A stretch of 54,233 nucleotides of DNA, filler included, from Sphacelaria rigidula (Eukaryota), in assembly GCA_964200075.2 (NCBI GenBank). It is 4 parts of 4 records of this genome, joined end to end, with 100 filler letters (N's around TTAATTAATTAA, not from the genome) between each part and the next. Parts side by side here need not be neighbours in the genome. Positions count along the whole stretch, not along the records: positions 13,588 to 27,070 come from CAXNAA020002853.1; positions 27,171 to 40,652 come from CAXNAA020002854.1; 2 more parts are not named here. One strand, written 5' to 3'. The notes under the pieces are model-generated. The model was not told the DNA's origin and did not search any database. It saw only the letters and a list, made by a program, of their open reading frames with translations. Below are positions 23,093 to 35,407 of this stretch, piece after piece. Position 1 is the first letter of the stretch. Every line of letters starts with the position of its first letter. The position numbers were made by a program, and so were the translations under genes.

Positions 23093-26000
23093 AGCGTTTC
23101 ATGGTGCACATGGTCTGGTTTTTGGCGGCCGCCGATGCCAGCGCCAACATCCCGGCCAAATAAAAACGTGAACACAAACACAATGTATGAGGTCGTGCGC
23201 ACGCTGCACGTTTCGATGCAAGGTGGAGAAGTGCTGGAAACAATGAATACAACAATGCTGCACCGTCAGATAACACGCCCGATGACATCACGCCATGAAC
23301 TCTTAAATTATGCGGTGCTCTCCGTGTTGAACATGTAGCACCGGTGACTCCCCTTTCCTTAACCTAAGCATACCGTACACTCACGCCCGTATCCATGCAC
23401 GATAATGGGGTCACATACTTGAACGACACATGCTCCCCGCCCTCCCCTATCGCCCATCCTCCCACGTCTCCCCGTCACCTACGTTCGTCTTCATGTACGT
23501 CATATCCTCAGCCACTCGCTCCGCCGGTGGGGGCCTTCACCGACAATCTCATCCCAAATCATGTAGTAAATCCAGCACATACACCCCCGCCCGCCGTGAA
23601 ACGCTGCAGGCTTAGTTCCCTTTCCTGCGTACATGTTCCTGCACAGGATTTCACTCATGCCCTAGGGAACAAAGACACGCTAAACGCTAACGCCGCTGTG
23701 GCCTATCACCACTGGCAACTGCACTGTTTCTTATTGTAAATTCAAAACTACTCCGTCAGCCGCCGCAGTGACTAGAATTTTCCTACATGAACGCATGCTG
23801 AATGACGGCGCTCATTGGCTGGCCCCCGGTCAGAGTGCACGGCAAGCCTGCGTAAAGCATTCCTCTCGATGCACTTGTACCCCCCCTCCTCTACAGTTGA
23901 TGCTTTTGGCTGCATCGAAACACGCCTGCGCGATACTTACAACGACAACGGCGACACGCACGGTGTATTCCCCACGGTCATGCACTGTCGGTGTATCTGT
24001 CGGTGTTTTCCAGATATACGCGACCACTCGCGGGAGCCGCTGGGATGCTATGGTGCTGTTCTATATCAGGGGTATGCATGATATATTTTACCTGTCTCCA
24101 CTGTACATTTCGGCAACACTGCCCGTATACTGCAGATTGATCGTCCCATCAGATCGAACCATACAGCATATCCACTATAAATCACCGTCGGTGTGCGGCA
24201 CACAGAGGTGGTCACTTTTACACCCACCCAGGGGTGCTGCCCTTCTGCTCTGTAGTGGTTCCGTGCACGAGATTAGCTACTTGACTGATGTCTCACGGCA
24301 TGCACAGTACAGTACTGTTTGTACAGAACTTCCTGTTGTGCATTTTGACGGCATCATCTGTGTATAGTACGAGTTCATCATTCATTACGGTTGCCAAGAC
24401 ATGCTCCGTGCTGCGTAAGATCGATCAAGCTAGCCGGCGCTATCGCGTGTGTACCGTCTGTCCTCATGGGCTACGCTCGTCTGCAATGTGAGGGTGTTGC
24501 GCCACAGATTAGACTGAAGTCACATCGCTACGCTGTACTCTACCGAACTGGATGTACCGACCATAGTGGAGTACCATTCTCCGCACCTGATTGCGATAGG
24601 CTTCTCCTGTGGGTTCCTTTCCGTTTTTCTCGATTTCCTCCGTTCGCACAGCCGCAATTATGGCCGCCTGGTGTTTTCCACACAGGCCCAAGTGTCTAGA
24701 TGCATTTTTCTATAGCGGTATCCAAGTTGATGGCATCCGGGAACCGTCGGGGGGGGTAATGTGTGCGTCGGGGGGCAATGCGCTGCCCCCACGGCTCTTG
24801 CAGCCTGCTCTGCAAAACCCCTCGCTGCGGCCTTTCTTTGCGTTTCCGCAACCGCTTCCAACTGGCGATGAATCGCGTAAACATCGCAGCTCATTCCTTT
24901 TACGTCTGGTGAGGGGATATCTGTGTGCTCGGCCATACTGCGTTGTTTTTGTGATGTGCCTTAGCACGGTCGACAAGTGTTGAGCGGATGCGAACTTCGG
25001 ACTGCAGCGCAGCAGCACTGCGGTGGTTGTGGCACCGTTATAAATCTGTGCCGTAGTCGCACACGGGACGAAGTGACTAGAAAATAGAGTGAAGGTGCTG
25101 ATTATTGTAATCTGTAATTCAGAGGGCCGCGGTGCTGGAGTTTCGCTGCGTCCCCTCATTGGGTAAAAAATGACCCGACCGCACCGGGGCGACATTTTTG
25201 GTGCAAGCATGATGTATGTCGGTGGATTCTTCTGTGGCCTTCCGGCATAAAAATGGTTGTCGTCGGTATCTTCTTTTTTCATCTTTTCTTCTCTGTCAGC
25301 ACTTGAAATAATGAGCCGTCTGGACCGGGGACGGGAGGGGAAGGTTCTCAAAAGGTTAACGTACATTTGTTTAGGTCCCCTCTGTGAAGTACTCGTGTAG
25401 GGATGCATCCTTGTCACGAGGACATATCTGTCATCCCTGCCACAAGGGCATCCCTGTGCCTGTCATCGCTGTCACAATGACAAACCTGTCCACCCTGTCA
25501 CAAGGATATCCTTGCGCCTATGCTTCACAAGTACATCCTACATCCCTACACAAGTACTTCACAGAGATGATCTAAAGAAATGTACGTAAACAATGGTTGG
25601 TGTACTATGGAGACGCCACGAACCCTACGGGTTGCATGATCGCAAGGATTTCGGCACCCCCATTTGCTGGTCAATACAGGTGATCTAAAGTGGGGACGTT
25701 TGCCCACGTTTGTGCCTTGTTCAGCTCGGCAAAGGCTGACTGCACGGTCTGGTGTTTGGTGCTGACTAAGGCCAAGGCAATGTTCAAATGTTTTCAAATG
25801 CATCGCTCTCGTGTTCTCGTGACATTGGCGGCATAGGCGGTGTACTCGTGCTCCCAAATGAACGAGAACGCGACGAAGAGAAACACGGGGGGAAAATACC
25901 CCGCCAACAATCATCCTGCTGCTTGAAGTTTTTTATGAACTTGAGAAGGGTTTTGTTGTTCGGGATCGATACCCCGGGAAAAAGAGCCAGTGCGGGCGAC

Positions 26001-26559
26001 TTTCGATGGCCATAACACGCGCCACAGGTATCAGATGACACGCAAACCTGAAAGGTAATGTACCGCTGCGCCTTCTTCGCGCATTGCAAAACAAAGCGCG
26101 TGATGGCATGCCTTACCGCCGAGAGAAAACTCGGCGAAAGTGGTGAGAAAAGTGAAATGATGCATGCACATATACTGGTCAGACAATATGGTGGCAGAAG
26201 AGGTGACCCGGTATATGCCTCCTGATACCTATGTGGCCACCGGTGCGGGGTCGCCCATCCCCTTCCTAGCATGTAATTCATATATCTTGGTTAAACATCA
26301 CGATGTCGAAAAACGCGGGTCAATATGCGCCTTTTCGTACCCCTGTGGTCCCCGGGGCTGTGTTGGTTATACCCTGGACAATAAAATATGTTTCAACATG
26401 ATACCACCACTTTGTATTGAAGCCAGCGAATATATTTTCCTCTCAATATATATTGTGTTGAAATATCCTCGGAGACATTTAAGCAACAACACATATTACT
26501 TGTGCCATGATTATGAAGTAATGTATGACAATAGATAGTTTCGGAAGATGTTTTCTTTT

Positions 26560-27000
26560 CTCGTAGAGTCGGAGTGCAGAGTGGAAACTTCGAAACTTCA
26601 CAGTGGACGTTGAAACTTTCAGAGCGGAAGCTGTTGTGACGTGGCTTGACGTGATTTTTTTGTCGCAGTGATTGGCTGCAGGTTGCCCCCTTAAATGTAC
26701 GATCGACCAGCGCCCACTCCGAACGTGCATAGACTGGCACAACACTGGCTGTCCGTACACGGCGGCACCGTACGCACCATACACCACGCTTTTTCACTGC
26801 ACCTACAGTATTCAATCCACTACGGCGCACTACAGGACACTGTAGTGCTGTGGTGCTATAGTTCTGTGCAACGTGGAGTACAGTGCAGTACAGAGAGTGC
26901 AATACATAACCCTTCAACAGTGCATTGCGATGCTGTGAACTATTATACTGTACAGCGATACCGTACAGAGTCAGTTGTACAAACAATAGTACAGACAGTG
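26560..27000 (+). repeat. Dispersed repeat, inverted homolog of 50550-51352
   Basis: GCGGAAGCTG.TGTGACGTGGCTTGACGTG...CGATCGACCAGCG.CCA and a TACAGTAC-rich part match the reverse complement of 50550-50687 plus 51040-51352. Confidence 0.75.
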
Positions 27001-27070
27001 ACACTTTCTACGATAGCCCCCCCCCCCAAAGTGCATGGTTTTGGGAGGCAAAATCTTCACGTAAATCGAA

Positions 27071-27170
27071 NNNNNNNNNNNNNNNNNNNNNNNNNNNNNN
27101 NNNNNNNNNNNNNNTTAATTAATTAANNNNNNNNNNNNNNNNNNNNNNNNNNNNNNNNNNNNNNNNNNNN
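27071..27170. other. Artificial contig-joining spacer
   Basis: Same N44-TTAATTAATTAA-N44 structure. Confidence 0.98.
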
Positions 27171-27202
27171 GATACACCCATGTCGACTGTGTGTTCTATC
27201 AG

Positions 27203-27366
27203 CCTTGAAGCCATCCACCACCCCGTCCCAAAATGGAGGGCAGGGCGGCCACACGGGTGACGGATACGATCCTGTCATCACTGAAATATCGGGCGATCCT
27301 GCGGGAGACGGCAAGGGGGCCAGAGTGCAGGACTGCGATCGGCATTGGACAGCTGGTCTAGAGGAG
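27203..27366 (+). CDS. Amino-acid transporter (AAAP/Aa_trans) internal exon, hydrophilic loop; upstream exons off-contig
   Basis: ctatcag acceptor, GAG|gtgatt donor in phase 0 matching the next exon; assignment rests on phase compatibility only. Confidence 0.55.
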
Positions 27367-27779
27367 GTGATTGAGTGGTTCGAGTTACACGCTTGTTTCG
27401 ATGTTAAACTACGTGAGGAACGCCCTGTTGTGATGAAGAGAAACAATCAAACTTTCCTGGTGACACATCCCCCAGGAGGCATTAGTACTTTTGACTTCTG
27501 ACAGGAAATAGATTGAAAAAAATACACTCTGCGGGGCATCCTTATTAGGATACAATCGCCGATGGTTTCATGAAACTCTGTGTCCTCCTTGGCACACATC
27601 CATAATGTTTTTCGTGTGCATCTTGTTTTTTTTTGTGTGAGATCATCATGCCAGGGTTTTTGAGTGTGCCCACGCTCCAAATCCGTAAGTCGTCCGGGAT
27701 GGGTTCATACAACGCCCCTCCCCCCCTCCCCCCCGCCGTCTGGTGGGACACCCATGAGACAGTGTATAAGCCGTGGCTG

Positions 27780-28145
27780 TCACTGGAAGTTGCGGTACCA
27801 AAAACTCAAGCAACTCATTGTCGGCTGTCATCCAAGTGAAAGATATTCAGTACGCGTCGGACCGAACAATCTTAGCAGAATGTAGCTCACCCTTGATGCG
27901 ACTCGCCGAGCACATCACGGCGCTTCGCGCTTGGTGATTGATTGTGAACCTGGTCCGGCGAAGACCCGGCGGGCTCCGTCCCGGCTTTGTGGGGATGCGA
28001 GGCTCATGGTCATATGACTGTGGCATGCGTGATCATGAGTACCCCCCCGTCCAGTGACAACTCGGCGTGCTCCGTCCCGGCTTTGTAGGGATGCGACGTC
28101 AATGATCTTGTGACCACGGCATGCGAGACCATGAATACACCCCCC
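27780..28145 (+). repeat. Copy of the 13108-13460 dispersed repeat
   Basis: Colinear match including the duplicated CGGCG.GCTCCGTCCCGGCTTTGT block. Confidence 0.85.
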
Positions 28146-28726
28146 TCCTCCGTCCTCCGTACGGCATGAATCAAGCGGCGGACGTCGTAGATGCCCCCAC
28201 TAGTGATTCATGACGTCGGAACTCCTCTCGCCGTTTTTACCGACAGATCAGTTGTGTAAAATATTTTATTTTGGCTTGCGATCACAAGGAGATGGGTACG
28301 TATATGGTACACCGACCCGTCGCTCAACGAAGTGGTTGATGAATGGTGTCTGTGAAAACCCAAACCCCGACTGCATCCTGCCCGATTAGCTCAACTCGAA
28401 CCCGAATCTAAGGTAAAATGGGAATGGGAATCCTCGGCAGAGGTGGGCTCTGTTGGTGCAGTAGGCAACATGTGTGTTGGCAGAGCTTGACATGTCAGTT
28501 TGTTGTTCCGTACCATGCCTATCTGACCTTACTTCACCTGCTCACACCAACAATTTAACCTGATGGATGATGATACAGTACCGTGTCGGAGAAGAAATCG
28601 GTTTCTACAATAATTAATCTCACTTGATCAGTCGGCATTAAGGGTGGTAACTGCCACTGGTGAAAAATGTAGGCTGCTTACGTAGTGTACCGAAGTAAAA
28701 AATACTTGAATATGAACGACTGATAA

Positions 28727-28747
28727 ATATATATATATATATATATA
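28727..28747. repeat. (TA)n microsatellite
   Basis: Direct reading. Confidence 0.9.
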
Positions 28748-29213
28748 CATGCATACATCTAAGTCTACTACCCGTCGACGCGAGTTAGGCTACTACCCCT
28801 GTGTGTGGGAGAAGCAGTCTCGGGAGTCACGGACTGGACCACGGAACTTGCCTAGCCAGTTCGTTCTTGTGTGGAGAGAGACTTCAGGGTCGAGAGGAGA
28901 AGTGATCTCGAGGGGTGCCGGGAGGCACCGCCTCGAGTTGGAGTATGACTATAACTCCGGGGACAGGATTGATATTGATCTGAGAGGAGGGACTAGTGTT
29001 CCTGGGGGAATATTCCCGGAACTACGCCGGAGACATGAACATTCCTGGAACGGAGCGGAGCGATCCATAGATATTCTCGGAACTATGCCGAGGGAGATAT
29101 GGTCCCGTCGCGGTTGTGGACTCGTTTAGATTTGTGGACTACCTTCGTACTAACACATATGCATATTTCTTTCTGTGCGCTGATGATTATTCCTTGTCGC
29201 CGCGGCCGCACAG

Positions 29214-29481
29214 CCCAACAGTCCGGATATGGCTGCGGGTGGAGTAGCCAGTAAACGGCGAGGGGCCCCCTTCCACAGGAATCAGGCAGAGCGACCTGCG
29301 GAACAAGATGGCCAAGAGTTCGGAAATCAAGCTGGGGTTGATAACATGGCGTTGTCGCAGGAGCGGCGGAACCTCCTTGCGGATCTACCCATGGAGCCAT
29401 TGTCTGACGCCAACCCTACGGTGAATTCCATCGAAGACGGCGATGAGGGCGTCGACAGATCGATGAGAAGATCTTTTTCAG
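29214..29481 (+). CDS. Amino-acid transporter internal exon, hydrophilic loop, with GC donor
   Basis: cgcacag acceptor; open PNSPDMAAGG...DRSMRRSFS; CAG|GCAAGA donor in phase 1. Confidence 0.6.
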
Positions 29482-29530
29482 GCAAGAATTGCGTTCACAT
29501 CAGTGGGGTCGGGTGAACGGAGGTCAGTGG

Positions 29531-29552
29531 GTTGCTGTTGTTGTTTGTTTGT

Positions 29553-29595
<43 letters not shown>
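29531..29595. repeat. (TTG)n/(TTTG)n microsatellite
   Basis: Direct reading. Confidence 0.95.
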
Positions 29596-31053
29596 AATCG
29601 CTGCATCGTTTCTTTCCTTTCTGAGGCCGTTGCTTCTGTCTTTTCTGTTCCTTTATTTTCTCCTTCATTATTCTGTTTTTTTATTTGCTGCTCCTGACCA
29701 CGGGCTGGATTGTTGCAATCAGGTAATGTGAGATAATCAATCAATCAATCAAACCGGACAATACCCTCGCGATATTCGTCATCATCTACGAAATATGGAG
29801 GCGTTCAAAGCGGTGTAAAGGCGAGATATGCCTGTCAAAAGGTGGCGACTGACTCTGGTGGTGATGCGGAGTCGCTTTTGTCGGTAGGATGTTCCATATA
29901 CTGTAAGTCATACAGGTGGTGGTCTGTATTATGGAATCAGCGAGGTGCGTGCGGCATGACTTTGGCTCGATATTTTTTCGACAAATCAAGACATGTGGGT
30001 GTTGAATGTCATAGGTATCGTTCTCAGGAACGGCGCAAGTGTAATTCTCGGGCAAGAGTGTACATTTTCACTTTTGCGACGAAGAAGATCCGTGGTCGTT
30101 GAACGTTCAAGGGACCGTTCGTAGGAATGGCGCAAGGATCGTTCTCGTGTAAGTATATGAAAAATCATGCTTGTAGCCTGCCTGCCCGGTGGGAGGATCC
30201 TCTGGGCACAGTAGTCGTGAAGAAACGTCAAAGTCATTACTTGAAAGAAAAATCGAATGACGAAAATGAAGATTATCGAAAATATTCGCCATGAAAATAG
30301 TTGAAATCATGCTGGAACAAAGTTTTGGAAAAGAGGGTTCGGCCGGGCCTTAGCTCAATACTTGTTCTGTCACACAGGTTAGGAAAGTCAAGTTTGTACG
30401 GACCCTTGACCGTGTGCGATTTTTTTTTGTCGTCTTTTTTGAACGCATTGTTTGGCAATTTTCAGTTCAAACAAGCGTTTTTTTCGGCCAATAGCTATTC
30501 AATTCTGCGGACAGTGTGTTGTGGTTCGCCTCGAATGATTTATCCAGAAACTACAAATTGTATTAATCAGTTACCGTCCGACACTAGAGTAGTCAAATCT
30601 CATGATAATCTAAAAGTATTCGTCAGACTGATTTTACGGGGAGGTTTGGCTCGTCTAGCATGTGTTGTGTGAGTCCAAGTCAACTACAATCTTGTGTGTC
30701 GTATCGTGTGTCGTATCCTGTGTAGAGAGTACTATGAAGTGTTGATTTTGGAATGATTGATGGGCTCTTTTGAATTCCAGAAATGGCAGTCTTGATCAAC
30801 GTTGACGTACGCACCCTTAGCAACAAAAGAAACCCAGATGAAAAATGACAAAAGAGTGAACAAGGAATACCACGAGATATTTGCCCCATACATGTATACA
30901 AGGCTGTGTTGCGAAGCATATACCTGGAAGTGGTAGATTTTCGATTGGCATACTGAACCATTCCGAAATGTATATGGAACATTCCGATATGGTTCGGCAG
31001 GGTATCGAGCCCTGTTCCGAACACTCCAGTATGATTAAGGAGGGCAATGACCG

Positions 31054-31079
31054 ATATATATATATATATATATATATAT
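31054..31079. repeat. (TA)n microsatellite
   Basis: Direct reading. Confidence 0.9.
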
Positions 31080-34000
31080 TTCAATGTTTTTGTAAATGTA
31101 GTACCTCACGCTCAAAGTGGCATGAGTTGTTTCGTTTTTTTTTTTCGCATACTGCTCTTCGATAGAACTCGAAAGTGCTAGCGTCGGTAGATTTTGGTAC
31201 AATAAATTGAACAGATCGTCCTCAGAACACCATGCCCAAGTTAGTGTCAGTTGGTGTTATCGGGCAATGCGAGCAGATACCCCGTTTATCAGGAGGTGTT
31301 ATTGACCGTGAAACACAGTTTTTCGGCTTTAGTGCAATGAGCAAGGTAGAATTTAAAAAAAACAAGCCTTTTGGTTTCTTCACGAACATGATCGGGACAA
31401 GCTCGATCGACCGAGAATACCGGACAGTCGGAATCTGGGCTGAAAAGTGGCAGGATTCGCGATGACCGGTCAGCCCGTAAGTCACCCAAAATTGAATACA
31501 GATGCTTTTTTTTCTTGGAATGTGGAGCAGATACTAGCATCTTCAGATCCTCAATGTGATGAGCGGTGGCAAGCGAAATAGCTTCAGAAAACCGCCTATT
31601 ACGAAGAAATGACCAAATATCCTACTTTGAACCTGAGGTACTGTATCCTCATTTCAGCCCGTATTCCCTGCAGAACATAACCTTGCATATATATGAACAT
31701 GAATGTATATGGTTTTTCGCCATACGTTTAACCCCCTGTCTTTCTCGGAATGAGTCCATAGTCCCACGGGATGAATCCATCTCTCCCCCGATACATCCCT
31801 AGCATCCCGGTACTGCGAATCGGTCTTGCACTACTCCTGCACCGCGTCGACTGTCGTCAAAATGTTTCTTCCTTGCTACTCCCTTTCTCCCGTTTCCGAG
31901 GACGGAAATCAGATCCTTCTCAGAATGAACAGTACGCACAGCAAAATATCTTGTCGGAATCGAAAAGCCCCTACTTCGCCCTGCCCGGTAAAATGGTAGA
32001 CCCGTTGGACGGTCGTACTGCAGTGAGCAGTACATTTCGGTCATGTTTCATTTCTTGTGTATAGCCAACGGCGAGATAGACCACTGTCCGGGATTTTAGT
32101 GTAGGAACACGAGTTTGATTGGTTGATTCATTGATTGATTGATCAATTGGTTGCTGTACTTTCACTGATCCCCCAGGAGTCATGATCCGGTCGTGGTCAT
32201 TATCCACATGGACATACCCGAGACGAATCTAAACTGCCACACTCGCTCAAGAAGAGTAGAGAAAAACAGAAACGGGTAGAAAAGACAGAGTAGGCTAAGA
32301 AAAAAAGGAAAAGAAGAGAACGACAGTGCCTCCTACAATCTGAGAAAAAAAATGACAAATTCGCAAATGGTGATAATATTTGCGCGAATATTCCAAGGCG
32401 TGTAGTTGATGTTTTTCCTTTTGTTTCCCAACGCACTCCTTTTGTTTCGGCGAAGGGGGGGAGGGGAAGGGGGGGGAGCGCAATCGGGGGTTGAGTTTAA
32501 GACGTGCGTTTTTCACATTGCAGGATCGATTCATGTAGTCTATGGACCGATCCACGGCAAGGTCAGACATTTCACAAGCTAGACGTACGTGCGCAAGGAA
32601 AGTGAACAGAAAAAATCCGCCCGGGCGAAACTCCAGGAAGGGGAAATATGAAAAATACGGGAGATGACCTCAATATACAGGAGGCAAGTTTTGAAGAGGA
32701 ATGTAACCCTAGGGGTACCGGACCCCACACCGACCGAACAGTCATCGATGAGGACTCAATATTTTTTTAGAGATGTTTTTGGCTTGCCGACCATGTGGGG
32801 CGCCACGGCGTTCTTTCTGTTGTGGAACTTGTCCTGATTTTTCCTGCGACCAGCGAGTCAATACTAGAGCCTTGGATCAGATGAGGAGCCTATACCGGCG
32901 TCTCAGATAGCATCGATTGGCTGTCGAACATGAGGTAATCTTCTAGGGCCTCAGGCGTGGTCATTATCCATAAGATAGACGTACCCAAGGTCAACAAAAT
33001 GGAAACGGGCGCTAAAGAAAAGGAAAAGTCCGGAAAAAGAAGAAAAGAACAAGGGAGAGAAGTAAAATGCGGGACGAACGCATGAATAAACAGGGAAGGA
33101 GAAGAAGGGAAGGGACAGGGAAGGAAAGAGCAAGGACAGGACCTAGAACAAGTGAAATAAAATGAAATAAAGTACCAAACTGAAACGACGAAGTAAAGCG
33201 ATGAACGGCTGGCCTCTGCATCATGGATTGAGGGGAAGAATGACTGCGCAAAAAGCACGTTCACCCGTACACCAAACAAAAGACCATGCTGTAAACGCTT
33301 ACTACCTGAGGATATTAATATAGCGATCCAAGGCATTTTCGGGTTCCGGTTTGTTTGTGGATCGTCACTAGATCTTTGTCCGACGCCATAATGTCAGCTA
33401 TCCTGTTCATTTTTTCCCTCGTGTAGTCTCCCCCGTTTTCCCTCTTTCCGGGGTTACCTTCATGCCAATTATTTTTGTTCATTCAGCTTTCCCCTCCCTG
33501 TTCGCTATTTCCTCTAACTTCCTTTAGTAGGTGCCTTGTAGATGTACTAGTCTCCAATGTCGGGTGCGTCTAGCGTGTGACCACGGCTAAATTCGTAGTG
33601 TATCAGTTAACTCGACAGGGAAACATTCCATACGCCGTGACGGGCACACAGGATAACTTCCGTTCGCGTCCTCATCACAACCTTACTGGAATAAAACAAA
33701 TACCTGCGCGATTACGACGTCAGCGGTTACTGTATCGTACCGGATCGTTTTCAGGAGCTGCAAAGTTTGGAAGAGGGATTTGCCAAGTCATGTCCTCCTT
33801 CCTGCTGTTGGAAGAGTCGTGCTATTCTGTCAGCCCGACGCGCACCCATCGCTTGCTCCATTCAGGAACCATATCACGAGCGATATGTGCACGGAATCAT
33901 TCTCCAGAACCCGGAACCCGAGGAGAGATTCGAGAAAATAACCCGTGCACAACTTACCACACGTCGGACAGATCATGATCTGTCTGTCGAAAATTTACTA

Positions 34001-34618
34001 GCTCTCATCAAATAAGATTCTCGGGTCCGTTGGTAAAAAAAACAATAAAAAACATGTGACCGCGGAGTCGAAAAAGCTAGAGCACAGCCCGTGCACTACT
34101 CGGTGTGCTCGGCGTTTGGCGCTGCAGGGGGCAAATATGGGAACAGGGGCCAAGAGATCCGGATCATGATCCGGATCAGTACACTGAAAGGCAGTAATTT
34201 CAATTTTCAGACGGGTCATGATCTGTGGGACGTGTGCAAGTTACGGATGAAAGACGCCTCCCTACTTACAACAATGATGATTTTTTTACGATACGCACAT
34301 GTTCCGTGTTGTACACCCGATCCGATCCATCCACATTACTTTTGTTCGGAATATTTCCAAGAAGTTTTACGATAACCTTCTCGTAACAGCCATTGCTCTC
34401 TTCATTCAGGAAGATTCTCAGGAGTGGTACGCATACGAACGAAGTTATTCATAACCGTTCTCGAGAACCCGGAAACCAAGGAAACTTTGGCGAGCACCTC
34501 GTACTCAGTTTCAAGGATCAAAGACCCCTCTCCACGAACAACCATGATGATTTCTCGCTATGGTTTTGTGTTGATGCATCCAATCCACGCACGTCAGTTT
34601 TCTTCGAAACATATCCAG

Positions 34619-34797
34619 GACATTTCCGAGAGGATCCTCGGAACGGTTCTCCAGATCGGGCAGAAGATTCGTTACTGCCACCGTCGTCCTTCTGGAGCTC
34701 GACCGACGGGGCCTGGCATATTGGGGTGACCGCCGCGATTTTATGGCTGTCATATTCCATTGCCATGACAGTAGAGGATCTCGGTCTTGTTCTAGAG
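34619..34797 (+). CDS. Amino-acid transporter (AAAP/Aa_trans, AVT-like) penultimate exon
   Basis: atatccag acceptor (alternative at 34655, same phase); WHIGVTAAILWLSYSIAMTVEDLGLVLE transmembrane segment; GAG|gtgagg donor. Confidence 0.85.
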
Positions 34798-35407
34798 GTG
34801 AGGATATTTCTACAGCTACATGCGAACGTGCCCAAGGTACCCCAACTTGTGTTTGAATAAGATGTCTAGACAACGGAGAAGGCGTCCGTCCCAACACTGC
34901 GATTTTCAAGTATTACACACCCCAGACAAAAAAAATGTTTCATCGCCAAAAAGTGTACGGCCTACAGCATCGACTAATACGTCTATCGCAATAGACAATG
35001 GATTCCATACTGTACGCAGTACATTTTTGTGACAACGTGATGTATTGTCATTGTCCAGGGTGTGGATTATTTTTCTGTTCTTGTTCACGTCGATGAACCG
35101 GGTTTTCCACAGATGTGAAGAGAATATCAATATGTTCTTTGAAAAATACTTGCACTTACTTTCCGACGGCGCGTAGTATTGCCTGAATGTGCGTTTTCTC
35201 TCACACGTTTGAAAGGAGGTGGGAAACCAGATGTATTTGACGACGGGTCTACACATGGTCTTCATATACCCATAAGAGACGTTGCCATTTTTTTTTCTTC
35301 CTGTTTTTTTACCTGTTTTTTTGTTGCGAGCACGTTTGTGCCAAAGCATTCGTGCTCAGAACAAATCTGCGTAGCTAACCCTTGGATACCGAACGCTTGG
35401 TGTTTTT

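Noticed and set aside
23768..26281. Several 120-235-aa ORFs and exon-like pieces
   Set aside because: No recognisable motifs or consistent splice chain; possibly decayed element sequence but not supportable
29478..29744. Poly-Q, poly-V or poly-C proteins
   Set aside because: Translations of an intronic (TTG)n microsatellite
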